Assembly (NCBI GenBank): GCA_002452155.1
Contig: DKEK01000002.1
Span: 85,750-149,749 of the forward strand
Origin: Candidatus Saccharibacteria bacterium UBA6824
GTDB taxonomy: Bacteria; Patescibacteriota; Saccharimonadia; Saccharimonadales; UBA10212
Length of the DNA: 64,000 nt
Reading direction: 5' to 3'
A model generated the notes under the pieces. That model had not been told where the DNA came from and ran no database searches. It saw nothing but the letters and a program-made list of their open reading frames with translations. Below, piece after piece: positions 27,814-36,979 of this stretch. Each line of letters opens with the position of its first letter. The stretch's first letter is position 1. The position numbers and the translations under genes are program-made.

Positions 27814-29030
27814 AAGATAACAAGAATGACCAGTTTGATGCGGCGCTGCCGCTGCCGGTGGGGGATCAACCTCGTCCCGGCGGCCCGCCACCGCCTATGC
27901 CGGATGAGACCCTCAACCCGGCGGCTGATTTAATCCGCCAAAAAATTGAGGCGGCCTATGCAAGCGAGCCCAGTGTCAGCGCCGAAGCGGAGGTGGTTGA
28001 GCTAATAAGTCCGACGACGACGCTTTCCAAGCACCAGCAATTTGTCAATGCCCTAGTCAATTCCGGTAAATCGCTGGTAGAGACTCAAACCGCCTGGCAC
28101 GAATACTACCAAGGGCTCCCCGATGAGCAAAAACACGAGGTCTGGCGGGAATTTTATGCCATGCACGCCCAAACTTCCCAGTTTGCGGCCGCCACCGGCC
28201 AAGTGCCGAAGGCCGAGGCCCGTCCACATATAACGGCTGTACCCCAAGCCAAAGCACCGGTCAGCAAAACCTTGGGCGAGCTGCACTCGCACGTCTTAAA
28301 AAACGTTGCCAAAACTAAGGGCTACAAGCCGCCCAAGCACGTGCAGTCGCTGCTATTTGGTCTGGCAGCCGGCATAGGCGCAGTCCTTATTATTCTGTTT
28401 GGCTTTTTTAACGAGCGCTTTATCGCGCCATTTATCCAGCCCAGCCGGACCGTGACCAACACGCCCCTTATCAGCGACGCCGCAGCCATAGGCGCCGCGC
28501 CGGAAGTCATCATCCCCAAAATCAATGTCGAAATTCCGGTCGTTTATGGCGCCAACGCCGTGGACGAGTCGGCCATAGACGTGGCCCTGGAAGACGGTGT
28601 GGTGCACTACACGGGCACGGCTGTCCCGGGCCAAAACGGCAACGTGGCCATAGTCGGCCATTCCAGCAATAACATCTTCAATAAGGGCAGGTATAAATTT
28701 GCCTTTGTGCTGCTGAGCCGGCTGGAAAACGGCGATACATTTTATCTGCAAAAGGATGGCAAACGCTACACCTACCAAGTCTACCTAAAGGAGATTGTCG
28801 GCCCCGATAACGTATCGGTTTTGGGTCCGAGGGACAAGCCGGCGACAGCTACGCTCATCACCTGCGACCCCCCGGGTACCAGTATCAACCGACTGGTGGT
28901 CGTCGGCCAGCAAATAAGCCCCGACCTGGCCAGCAATAGCGGCGCGGCGGCAGACACACCGCAGGCCAGAATAATCCCCGGCAACTCGGAATCTCTTTGG
29001 CACCGCATCACGCACGCGCTATCGGGCTAA
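27792..29030 (+). CDS. Sortase-family transpeptidase with a Pro-rich N-terminal region and TM anchor
   Basis: TLITCDPPGT, the TLxTC catalytic Cys motif; a catalytic His in HSSNNIF; TM at FGLAAGIGAVLIILFGF. The start is either the GTG at 27792 or the ATG at 27807. Confidence 0.75.
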   Translation: MGSNGMDEDNKNDQFDAALPLPVGDQPRPGGPPPPMPDETLNPAADLIRQKIEAAYASEPSVSAEAEVVELISPTTTLSKHQQFVNALVNSGKSLVETQTAWHEYYQGLPDEQKHEVWREFYAMHAQTSQFAAATGQVPKAEARPHITAVPQAKAPVSKTLGELHSHVLKNVAKTKGYKPPKHVQSLLFGLAAGIGAVLIILFGFFNERFIAPFIQPSRTVTNTPLISDAAAIGAAPEVIIPKINVEIPVVYGANAVDESAIDVALEDGVVHYTGTAVPGQNGNVAIVGHSSNNIFNKGRYKFAFVLLSRLENGDTFYLQKDGKRYTYQVYLKEIVGPDNVSVLGPRDKPATATLITCDPPGTSINRLVVVGQQISPDLASNSGAAADTPQARIIPGNSESLWHRITHALSG

Positions 29031-29031
29031 A

Positions 29032-30516
29032 TCACGGCTTTGGTAAGTCTGTGCCGGCCCGCAGGTCAGTTCGCTGCAGGGCAACCCCGGCTTCCGTAGA
29101 GGCCAAGGAGAACAGCTGATTGTAATTTTTATCGAAAAATACAGCTAGTGGATCGATTGCCGGCAGCAGCATTTGCTGGTTAGTGGCGTCATAGTCCATG
29201 GCCAGTATTGAGCCGCCCGACAGGCCGATAAAACGGTAGCCATCCATCCAGTGCATCTCGCCCGAAAGTGGCGCAGACAGATTGTATTGGTAGCGTGAAG
29301 CATTTTCTATATCATAAACGCCAAATTTCTGGCCAGCCTCAACACCGATAAAGTGGGCTTTATCTGAAAAGCTCAGACTGCCTACGCCCGAATCGGGCAA
29401 GGCAATCAGCGGGATGGCCCTCTCCGTAGCCGGATCTTTTATGCCGCTTAAGGGGTCTTTATATATATTAATCCGGTCGGCGGTGTCGCTGCCGGCCACA
29501 TAGTACCAATGCCCCTGGAATTGGGCGGCGTCGAGGAAATATTTATTGCCGGCCGCAAAAGTATAAAGCGGGTAAGTCTTGCCATTTTCCCAGATACGGG
29601 CCATCACTTGGCCGGCAACCACGTTTTGGGCGGTCACATAGCTAAGCAGGTCCGGACCATAGCTGTTGTAGGCTAGTACGTCGCTAAGTAGCGGCTGGAG
29701 AGTGCCTTTACCTACATCACCAAGTGAAAGGCTATTATCGCTTTGCTTAAAGATATACAGTTGGTCAATTTTTTTATTGCGCAGACTCATCTTCGATGCC
29801 GCCACGCTGAAAGTTTGGCTAACATTGAGTGACGCCGCAGGGTCGGCGCGGTTAAAAATAATAAACTCATCGCCGCCGGGGTAGCTGTGCTTCAGCAGCA
29901 AATGGTTGTTATCACTAGCCCACTCGACGGCGCTTATGCTCTGGGGCGAACCACCATCTCCCAGGAGGGCCGCCGGCAGAACCAGTTGGACAGGGGGCTG
30001 GTCGGGCTTGCCGGTATCATACATATCAAAAACGACATTTTTGGGATCGGCGGCGGGAACCTGGGACAGGAGCCAGTGCTTATCGGGGCTCTGGGTAATA
30101 AGCTGGGGCTCGGAAGAATAGACTTTTAAGTTTTGGCTGGCCGGCTTGGCGGGGAATAAAAAAGGGTAGGTATAGCGGGCGATGCTGTGTTCGTTCAGGG
30201 TAAATCTGCGGTTCCAGTCACGATAGCCGGTTTTTTTTATGGACAGGTCATAACTGGCAGCCGGCAGTACCAGCCGGGCCGATGTTGTGCCTCCTTGAAA
30301 ATGACCATTTATGTAAATCGAGGCTCCGCCCGGTTTGGAATCGACGAACGCCAGGCCATTTTGGATCAGCGCGCCGGTCTTGGTATTAATGCCATAGCCG
30401 TTGGCGCCATAGACCAAAATTATGGACGTCAGGCCAATTGCAATGGCCGTCAAGCCGTAGCCAATCATTAGTCTAATATTGTGCTGGTGCCGCTTCCGCG
30501 GGTCTAAAAAGTCCAC
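29032..30516 (-). CDS. Membrane-anchored PEGA-domain protein with a beta-propeller-like C-terminal region
   Basis: N-terminal TM, then ASIYINGHFQGGTTSARLVLPAASYDLSIKKTGYRDW (PEGA-like), then a long Trp/Tyr/Gly-rich repeat region. Confidence 0.45.
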   Translation of the reverse strand: MDFLDPRKRHQHNIRLMIGYGLTAIAIGLTSIILVYGANGYGINTKTGALIQNGLAFVDSKPGGASIYINGHFQGGTTSARLVLPAASYDLSIKKTGYRDWNRRFTLNEHSIARYTYPFLFPAKPASQNLKVYSSEPQLITQSPDKHWLLSQVPAADPKNVVFDMYDTGKPDQPPVQLVLPAALLGDGGSPQSISAVEWASDNNHLLLKHSYPGGDEFIIFNRADPAASLNVSQTFSVAASKMSLRNKKIDQLYIFKQSDNSLSLGDVGKGTLQPLLSDVLAYNSYGPDLLSYVTAQNVVAGQVMARIWENGKTYPLYTFAAGNKYFLDAAQFQGHWYYVAGSDTADRINIYKDPLSGIKDPATERAIPLIALPDSGVGSLSFSDKAHFIGVEAGQKFGVYDIENASRYQYNLSAPLSGEMHWMDGYRFIGLSGGSILAMDYDATNQQMLLPAIDPLAVFFDKNYNQLFSLASTEAGVALQRTDLRAGTDLPKP

Positions 30517-30548
30517 AGGCTTTAGTTTACACCTAAAGCCGTTTACGA

Positions 30549-30660
30549 TTCACCGTTCACCTTTCACCGTGCGTTACCCGTTTACCGTTATCCATGATCA
30601 ATGATCAATGGCTAGTGGTAAATGTATGGTAAATAGTAAATGGAAAATGGTTAATGACCC
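30549..30660. repeat. Array of short direct repeats in a divergent intergenic region: five copies of TT(C/T)ACC(G), tandem ATGATCA x2, and GGTAAAT(G/A) x3
   Basis: TTCACC-like at 30549, 30556, 30563, 30574 and 30582; ATGATCAATGATCA at 30594-30607; GGTAAATG / GGTAAATA / GTAAATGG at 30617-30643. Confidence 0.45.
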
Positions 30661-30739
30661 CTTGTGCATAAGCATCTTGCACAATTTATTTATTCGGAGT
30701 AATATGGAATTTATACCACATTAGGGGTAACTGGATTTA

Positions 30740-31804
30740 GTGAACAAAGCAACAAGCATTGTAGAAATCAACGGCAACCGCTACGACGCGGTTAGCGGAC
30801 AATTAATCGGGGCGGTCAAAAAGGCTGCCTACCACGCTATAAAACCCACCCAGGGTTTAAGTATTGACGGCTTCACGCGCCGCCGGGCAGCTAAAGCTTT
30901 GGTCCTCGCCAAGCGCTCCGTGCATGAGCAGAGGCGCCACCCCGAACACTCTAAAACGTTGATGCGTTCCACCGTTAAAAAACCGGCCCGCGCCAAATCA
31001 GAGGATAAAATAAAGTCCCGGGGACTATCACCTGATCACGCCCGAGCCGACCGCGCCAGCCGCGTGCCCAAAAGCTCTAGCGTCGAGCGCTTTGGCGCGG
31101 CGTCCGGCCGCAGCTCTAAGGCTAAAATCGGCGAAGTAATCGCCCCGAACCCTAAGTTACCAGTTCGTACGGCTGCGGCGGCAACCGCCTCACTGCCGAG
31201 TATTATGGCCGACGCTTCACACCACAAGTTAGAGCGGCTACTGGATTATGCCCTAGCTCACGCCGATGCCCATAAAAAATCACTAGACGATGATGCTCGG
31301 GCGAAGCGTAAAGTTTTTGGCCGCCTGCCCAGATGGCTGGTGATCGGTTTGGTGATTACAGCTTTAGTAACCATCGCCGGCTTTGTGCTTTGGCGCGTGG
31401 TACCGGGGGCCTCATTTAAACTGGCCGCCACTAAGGCTCACGTTAACGCCAAGATGCCGACGCCGATTTCCGGCTACAGGATTGGGCCTATATCTTCGTC
31501 CCAAAACGCCGTAACCACCACCATCCAGTCAACTTCGGACAGTGCCAAAAAATATACCGTAACAGAACAAACTTCTAACCAGCCGGCCGCTTCACTGGCG
31601 GCCAGCGCCGCTACTGGGTCCTCGGGAGGCTCCGCCCAAGTCCAAACAGTCCAGGACCAAGATAAAACATACATACTGTCACAAGACGGCAACAAGAGTA
31701 CGGCGGTCTGTATCAAGGGTAATAATACCGTTAGCGTCGAAGCTGTGGACCTTAATGTCGCCCAGCTACTTGAAGCGATTAAAGACGCTTGCAAGGGCCT
31801 CTAG
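30740..31804 (+). CDS. Hypothetical bitopic membrane protein, basic N-terminal half
   Basis: GTG start with AGGGG 12 nt upstream; one TM (LPRWLVIGLVITALVTIAGFVLW); Ser/Thr-rich extracellular C-terminus. Confidence 0.4.
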   Translation: MNKATSIVEINGNRYDAVSGQLIGAVKKAAYHAIKPTQGLSIDGFTRRRAAKALVLAKRSVHEQRRHPEHSKTLMRSTVKKPARAKSEDKIKSRGLSPDHARADRASRVPKSSSVERFGAASGRSSKAKIGEVIAPNPKLPVRTAAAATASLPSIMADASHHKLERLLDYALAHADAHKKSLDDDARAKRKVFGRLPRWLVIGLVITALVTIAGFVLWRVVPGASFKLAATKAHVNAKMPTPISGYRIGPISSSQNAVTTTIQSTSDSAKKYTVTEQTSNQPAASLAASAATGSSGGSAQVQTVQDQDKTYILSQDGNKSTAVCIKGNNTVSVEAVDLNVAQLLEAIKDACKGL

Positions 31805-31877
31805 TAGCCAGGAGACAGACAACGCAGGTCAGAAAGACAGCCCTAAGGGGGCTTTTTTAAAGTACAATATAGGGGCA

Positions 31878-33299
31878 ATGAGCCAAAAAAAAGTTAGGAC
31901 CCGGTTTGCCCCGAGTCCGACGGGTTATTTACACGTCGGAGGCGTCCGCACGGCACTGTTTGCATGGCTGGTCGCCAAACAAGCCGGCGGCCAATTTATG
32001 CTACGGATTGAAGATACCGACCGCAGCCGCCACTTGGAGGAATCGGAGCAGCATATAATCGATAGTTTGCAGTGGCTGGGCATCGAACCCCACGAAAAGC
32101 CGGTCCGCCAAAGCCAGCGCCTGGATATTTATAAAAGGTGGGCGCAAAAGCTCGTGGAGTCGGGCGGGGCATATGCTGATAAGACTTCCGAAGAGCAGTT
32201 GGAGGAACTACGCAAAAAGGCGAAAGCCCAAAAACAACCGTTTTTATTCCGCGACCACCGGCCCGGCAACCCGCCAGCGTGGGATGGCAGCACTCCCTTG
32301 CGCTTCAAGTCTGACCCCAAGGAGTATAAATGGCACGACGAAGTAATGGGCGACCTCTCTACCGGACCGGAAGCAATTGATGACTTTATTATTATCAAGT
32401 CTGACGGCTATCCGACATATAACTTTGCCCATATCATAGATGACCACGAAATGAATATCAGCCACGTTATCCGCAGCCAGGAGTTCCTACCCTCCGTACC
32501 CAAGTTTCTAAACCTTTATGAAGCTTTAGAAATTGAAAGGCCGAAACTGGCTACCTTGCCTTATGTGATGGGTCCGGACGGTAAGAAGAAACTGTCCAAG
32601 CGCGATGGCGCCAAGGATATTTTGGATTATAAGCGGCAGGGCTATTTGCCTGAAGCCCTGATTAACTTCTTGGCTACTCTTGGCTGGAACGACGGCACCG
32701 AGCAAGAAATATTCACCGATGCCGAGCTGATTAAAAAATTTGATTTATCCCGGGTGCAGCGCAGTGGTGCACAGTTTGACGAGCAAAGGCTGCTGTGGAT
32801 GAATGGCCATTACCTCCGCGAGCTACCGCTAGATGATCTGCTAAAAAAAGCCGGGAAGTTTTGGCCGCCGGCGGCCAAAAACGCAGAGGCTTCATATAAA
32901 AAAGCCGTCCTGGGGCTGGTGCAAGATAGGTTAAAGTACTTGGCCGAGTTAGCAGATTTGACAGTTTTTTTCTTCGCCGAACCGAAAGCTTTGGACGTCG
33001 CAGCCCTCTATAAAAAGCCGGTTGACAAGCAGCTGCAGAAAAACCCGCCCGACTACAAAAACCTGCTTGAAATGGTTATTGAAGAATTGTCGGGTAGTGA
33101 TTTTTCAATCAAAGACATTCAGACGCGGCTGAACAAACTGCTGGGCAGTTTAGGTACCAAACCGGCTATCTTATTCCCGGTTATCCGGATTGCAATTAGC
33201 GGCAGCTCCGTGTCGCCGGAAATCTTTGGCACACTGCACGTCCTGGGCAAACAAATATCGCTGCAGCGCCTCAAAACAGCTTTACAGAGCCTGGAATAA
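31878..33299 (+). CDS. gltX: Glutamate--tRNA ligase
   Basis: RFAPSPTGYLHVGG (HIGH region) and KLSKR (KMSKS). Start set at the ATG at 31878 (MSQKKVRTRFAPSPTG) rather than the longer ORF that would overlap the upstream gene. Confidence 0.9.
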   Translation: MSQKKVRTRFAPSPTGYLHVGGVRTALFAWLVAKQAGGQFMLRIEDTDRSRHLEESEQHIIDSLQWLGIEPHEKPVRQSQRLDIYKRWAQKLVESGGAYADKTSEEQLEELRKKAKAQKQPFLFRDHRPGNPPAWDGSTPLRFKSDPKEYKWHDEVMGDLSTGPEAIDDFIIIKSDGYPTYNFAHIIDDHEMNISHVIRSQEFLPSVPKFLNLYEALEIERPKLATLPYVMGPDGKKKLSKRDGAKDILDYKRQGYLPEALINFLATLGWNDGTEQEIFTDAELIKKFDLSRVQRSGAQFDEQRLLWMNGHYLRELPLDDLLKKAGKFWPPAAKNAEASYKKAVLGLVQDRLKYLAELADLTVFFFAEPKALDVAALYKKPVDKQLQKNPPDYKNLLEMVIEELSGSDFSIKDIQTRLNKLLGSLGTKPAILFPVIRIAISGSSVSPEIFGTLHVLGKQISLQRLKTALQSLE

Positions 33300-33327
33300 A
33301 GCCCTCAAGCTTTGATACAATAGTTTA

Positions 33328-34545
33328 ATGTCAGATGATACTCCGCCGAATGACGAGTCCAAACAGCCGGCGGCCGCCCCCCAGCCGAAACCAGTAATCG
33401 GGCTGCGCAATAGCTCTTTGGGAAGAAGGCTGCCGGCAGATTCAGCGCCAAGCCAACCCGTAGCCGTCACCAAAAACAAGCGCCGGATGATGCCGGCTTT
33501 TTGGTACCGCTGGGACCGCAAGACCAAAATCTTATCAAGCACGGCTTTAGTTTTAGTTCTGGTTGCCGCCAGTGCGGCAGTTTATAGTACTTTTATTAAT
33601 AAATCCCACGGCTCTACGCAGTCAAAAACCGGCGGTAAAGTAGACAATAGAGTTGCTTCGCCTCTCACCGGTGTTAAAGTCGAGCCGGATCTAGCCAAAC
33701 GGCCTGTCACCGGCATTATGATCGAAAATAGCCCCGATGCCCGGCCGCAGTCCGGCCTGCAAAACGCCGGCGTTGTCTTTGAGGGCATCGCCGAGGGCGG
33801 CATTACCCGTTTCTTAGGGCTTTTCCAGGAGGGGCAGCCGCCCTACGTCGGGCCGGTGCGCAGTCTACGCACCTATTATATTGATTGGGCGGGCAGCTTT
33901 GACGCCAGCATCGCCCACATCGGCGGCAGTCCGGCTGCCCTGGATCGAATGCGTACCGGCGGCAAAGACCTCGATCAATTTTTCAACGCCGGCAGCTACC
34001 TGCGGGTAAATAGCCGGCCGGCACCCCATAATGTCTACACCAGCTTCGCTAAAATGGATGCCCTCAATCAAGCTAAAGGCTATACCAGCAGTAAGTTTGA
34101 CAGCTGGCCGCGTAAGGGCGACAAACCTCTAGTTACACCGACCGCTAAACTCATAGATGCTGACATATCGAGCGCCGCCTACAACTCGCACTACAATTAT
34201 GACGCTAACTCTAATGCGTACCTGCGCAGTGAGGGCGGCGTACCGCATATTGCCACGGCTGCCGAAGACGGGGGCGGGTCGCTGCAGCTGCAACCCAAAG
34301 TCTTGCTTATATTAGTTATGGGTTTTAGCATTGTAGACGATGACGGCCATGGCGGTTATGACACTATCGGCAGTGGGCCGCTATACGTTTTTCAGGACGG
34401 CGGTGTAACCCACGGCAGTTGGAGTAAGGCCAGCCCTCCGGCCCAATTTGTCTTCAAAGACGACGCCGGCAACCCCGTAAAGCTAAACGCCGGCCAAGCC
34501 TGGGTTACAGCCCTCCAGGACGGGCAACTCCACTACAGCCCCTAG
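33328..34545 (+). CDS. DUF3048-family membrane-anchored protein
   Basis: N-terminal TM, then ...MIENSPDARPQSGLQNAGVVFEGIAEGGITRFLGLF...VGPVRSLRTYYIDWAG, which matches the DUF3048 core as remembered. Confidence 0.5.
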   Translation: MSDDTPPNDESKQPAAAPQPKPVIGLRNSSLGRRLPADSAPSQPVAVTKNKRRMMPAFWYRWDRKTKILSSTALVLVLVAASAAVYSTFINKSHGSTQSKTGGKVDNRVASPLTGVKVEPDLAKRPVTGIMIENSPDARPQSGLQNAGVVFEGIAEGGITRFLGLFQEGQPPYVGPVRSLRTYYIDWAGSFDASIAHIGGSPAALDRMRTGGKDLDQFFNAGSYLRVNSRPAPHNVYTSFAKMDALNQAKGYTSSKFDSWPRKGDKPLVTPTAKLIDADISSAAYNSHYNYDANSNAYLRSEGGVPHIATAAEDGGGSLQLQPKVLLILVMGFSIVDDDGHGGYDTIGSGPLYVFQDGGVTHGSWSKASPPAQFVFKDDAGNPVKLNAGQAWVTALQDGQLHYSP

Positions 34546-34901
34546 AACGCCACACTGCACCAGCCTGCTTGCATGCGAAGCACGCAACTCCGCTGATGCT
34601 CTTGGCGCATTACGGCGTCAGAGCCTGCGCCGCTCCTTCAACGTATTTCTATACGTCTTAGTCTGCTGCTCGACTCTTCCTTGTTCTGCACTCAAGTGTG
34701 GCGTTCTAGGCGCGTAGTGGTAGGTGATAGTAGACTAACCACCCCTGTTTTGTTAAACTTACACCGTTCTTTTTGCAACTTTACCAATTTTGCAAGGTCG
34801 TGCGTAAGCAGATCCTTGTAAAATTGAAGAGGAGGAAGCGACCTGAGGCTGAAAGTAAGCAAGTATGCGCGCTTACGAAAGTCGAACGTCGATTCCGACG
34901 A

Positions 34902-34976
34902 GGCGCTATCGTCTAGCGGTTAGGACGCCAGGTTCTCATCCTGGTAACCGGGGTTCGATTCCCCGTAGCGTCACCA
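34902..34976 (+). tRNA. tRNA-Glu(CTC)
   Basis: GGCGCTATCGTCTAGCGGTTAGGACGCCAGGTTCTCATCCTGGTAACCGGGGTTCGATTCCCCGTAGCGTCACCA: acceptor stem with one G-U pair, anticodon loop UUCUCAU, T-loop TTCGATT, encoded CCA. Confidence 0.85.
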
Positions 34977-35002
34977 GCTTTTGACCGAAAAGGATATTTA
35001 TT

Positions 35003-35518
35003 TTATTCTGCGATAATATTTTTTGCCGCGGAAGCAAAAGCGGTATTTATGCTTTGAAGTTGTGTTTGATAGCTTGTGTCTGTGGTGCAGGGCTTATTCT
35101 TTATCCAGGTGCTATTGTAACCATAGTAGTAACCGCCAATCGTAGTGCCATCTGGGTATTTTTGCTGATAACTCTCACCACTCACTGGATCGGTGTAGTT
35201 TGAGGAGGTCCTTGCAAGGGATGCCAGGGGAGTTTGTCCGCTGTTTGCGCTTGAGGCTGCGCAATGACTAACTCCATCTAAAGATTTCAGCCCAAGCCAG
35301 ATTGTGTTGGGTTGTCCGTTGCTATCTTGTGAGCTAGTACTTACTACATAATATGCATCAGCAACATCATTTGAGAGTGGCAACTTAACCTTCCACTCGC
35401 TAATACTTAGGTATGACTGAGTTGGAGGTTTTTGCGTAGTTGTCTGTGAAGATGAGCCAGGGCTGGTTGTCTTCTTGTTGCTGTGTCTGTACACCAAAGT
35501 TCCACCTACCGCGAGCAT
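35003..35518 (-). CDS. Hypothetical secreted protein, paralogue of the adjacent upstream gene; the annotated start is probably truncated
   Basis: Shares the VYRHS(N/H)KKT...Ser/Thr-rich N-terminal region with the 35591..36277 gene. The TM helix GFGLIVALLVIVVVT lies in frame upstream of the first ATG with no canonical start between it and the upstream gene's TAA; an ATT at 35576-35578 is the only in-frame start-like codon. Confidence 0.4.
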   Translation of the reverse strand: MLAVGGTLVYRHSNKKTTSPGSSSQTTTQKPPTQSYLSISEWKVKLPLSNDVADAYYVVSTSSQDSNGQPNTIWLGLKSLDGVSHCAASSANSGQTPLASLARTSSNYTDPVSGESYQQKYPDGTTIGGYYYGYNSTWIKNKPCTTDTSYQTQLQSINTAFASAAKNIIAE

Positions 35519-35590
35519 TGTAACAACTACAATTACTAGGAGAGCTACAATTAGACCAAAGCCGTTATCCTTTTTAATACGATATCCCCA

Positions 35591-36277
35591 TTAATAACTT
35601 AAAGACTGCAGAATGGATATGGCTGTAGTGACCTCTGACTGTTTTGAGAAATTATCGTATGTACTATAGATAAGCACACCGCCGGCTTGTGCTGGTTTGA
35701 CGTAGTTGCCGCTCCATCTTACAACATAGCCAGTCTGAGACTTAGACGTGTAGTAAGGCCACGATTTTATGGGCTGCGCTTGGATATCCGTATATTCCGA
35801 AATACTTAGCGTTTGATATGGTTGCCCATTTACCGTCTGGCTATTAACCACAATGTATAAGTCCTTGCCATAGTTACTTGATGAGAGCTTCGTAACACCA
35901 TTGTAGGCACAACCATCACATCCAAAAGATGAATTACTATTTAACTTATAAACATCGTATTTGAGAGTAAAGTTGTTTGGTCCCTGAACAGAAACAGACT
36001 CCTTAGTATTGGTATCACGTGGATCCAAAGTATCCGTTAGTTGCCAATCGCTAGGATATCTAATACTGAACCCTTCAACACTTGACTTGTATGTCTTCCA
36101 ACCAGCATATGGATCAGCCGCCTGACTTTGAGTATTGCTGGAGGTATTACTAGCTGATGAGTTGTTTGTTGTCTTATGGCTATGTCTGTAAACAAACACT
36201 CCAGTTACTGCAACAACAGCAATAATTGCGACTGCAACAAGGGCTGGAATTAAGCCAAAGCCATCACTTTTCTTCAT
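35591..36277 (-). CDS. Hypothetical secreted protein with a pilin-like N-terminus
   Basis: MKKSDGFGLIPALVAVAIIAVVAV resembles a class-III (prepilin-like) signal, but has Pro at +5 instead of Glu. Confidence 0.45.
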   Translation of the reverse strand: MKKSDGFGLIPALVAVAIIAVVAVTGVFVYRHSHKTTNNSSASNTSSNTQSQAADPYAGWKTYKSSVEGFSIRYPSDWQLTDTLDPRDTNTKESVSVQGPNNFTLKYDVYKLNSNSSFGCDGCAYNGVTKLSSSNYGKDLYIVVNSQTVNGQPYQTLSISEYTDIQAQPIKSWPYYTSKSQTGYVVRWSGNYVKPAQAGGVLIYSTYDNFSKQSEVTTAISILQSLSY

Positions 36278-36360
36278 ATTCTACTTCCTCTCCTGAGGCA
36301 CAGTATATCTCAAGTAGTTAGGTTAGAGAAGGTAGTAAGGTCTTTGAAATATATCAACAT

Positions 36361-36380
36361 ATTCCAAATCGATTTGGAAT
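36361..36380. promoter_or_regulatory. Perfect 20-bp palindrome ATTCCAAATCGATTTGGAAT upstream of the Y-family polymerase operon; candidate operator
   Basis: Perfect dyad symmetry about 280 nt upstream of the 36640 start. The same spacer also has GTCGCCCGGGCGAC at 36432-36445 and TAGCT iterons at 36473-36514. Confidence 0.35.
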
Positions 36381-36639
36381 ATTGCCAAGGCAAAGTTGGT
36401 GTTTATAATTAAAGTTAGCCATGTGTGGGCTGTCGCCCGGGCGACTTCCTCCGCACAGACTTATGTAGCCTTTAGCTAGTAGCTTTTAGCTGTTAGCTCC
36501 AACAAGTTAGCTCCTGGTCACGAAACTCTAATGAACGGTTAGTAAGTTTTTACCCAGCAGCTCCCCTAAAAATCCGTTCGCCCCATCTAAAACAGATGAA
36601 GGCCCTCTTTTTATAACCTAAAGATCAGGAGACAAGAAA

Positions 36640-36960
36640 ATGGAAAATCTAACCGAAATTAACAAAGATGTCAGCATCGTAGCCTACTACTTTAGGCAGG
36701 GCACCAAGCGCCTGCGCTGCTTTCCTAAAAGGATGGAATACGACGGCAAGAGTGTGGTCTTCACAGAACAAGGTCTGCGCCATCCAACCAGAAAAGGCCA
36801 GCGTATGATCCATGTGTTTGACATGACCGATGGTAACGCCGATTACCGGCTGGAGTTCGACGCCGAGCAGCTGACCTGGAAATTGGTTTACATAGCCGAC
36901 CAAAGCTACGGCCCCCTGGAGCCGCAATATGCCGCACCCAAAACTTCAGCTGCCTATTAG
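36640..36960 (+). CDS. Hypothetical small protein; possible YolD-like accessory factor, based on its position just upstream of the Y-family polymerase gene
   Basis: 106-aa ORF with AGGAGA SD that ends at or overlaps the start of the polymerase gene. Assigned from genomic context, not sequence. Confidence 0.3.
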   Translation: MENLTEINKDVSIVAYYFRQGTKRLRCFPKRMEYDGKSVVFTEQGLRHPTRKGQRMIHVFDMTDGNADYRLEFDAEQLTWKLVYIADQSYGPLEPQYAAPKTSAAY

Positions 36961-36979
36961 CCACGCCAAGCCGCAGGTC

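Noticed and set aside
31755-31877. N-terminal 41-aa extension of gltX overlapping the upstream gene
   Set aside because: The extension (MSPSYLKRLKTLARASSSQE...) overlaps the 30740..31804 gene in another frame and precedes the conserved start MSQKKVRTRFAPSPTG, which has its own SD-like AGGGGC; the ATG at 31878 is preferred.
34546-34901. 5S rRNA or SRP RNA upstream of tRNA-Glu
   Set aside because: The conserved 5S loop motifs and the SRP domain-IV GGAAGCAGCC-type motif are not present.
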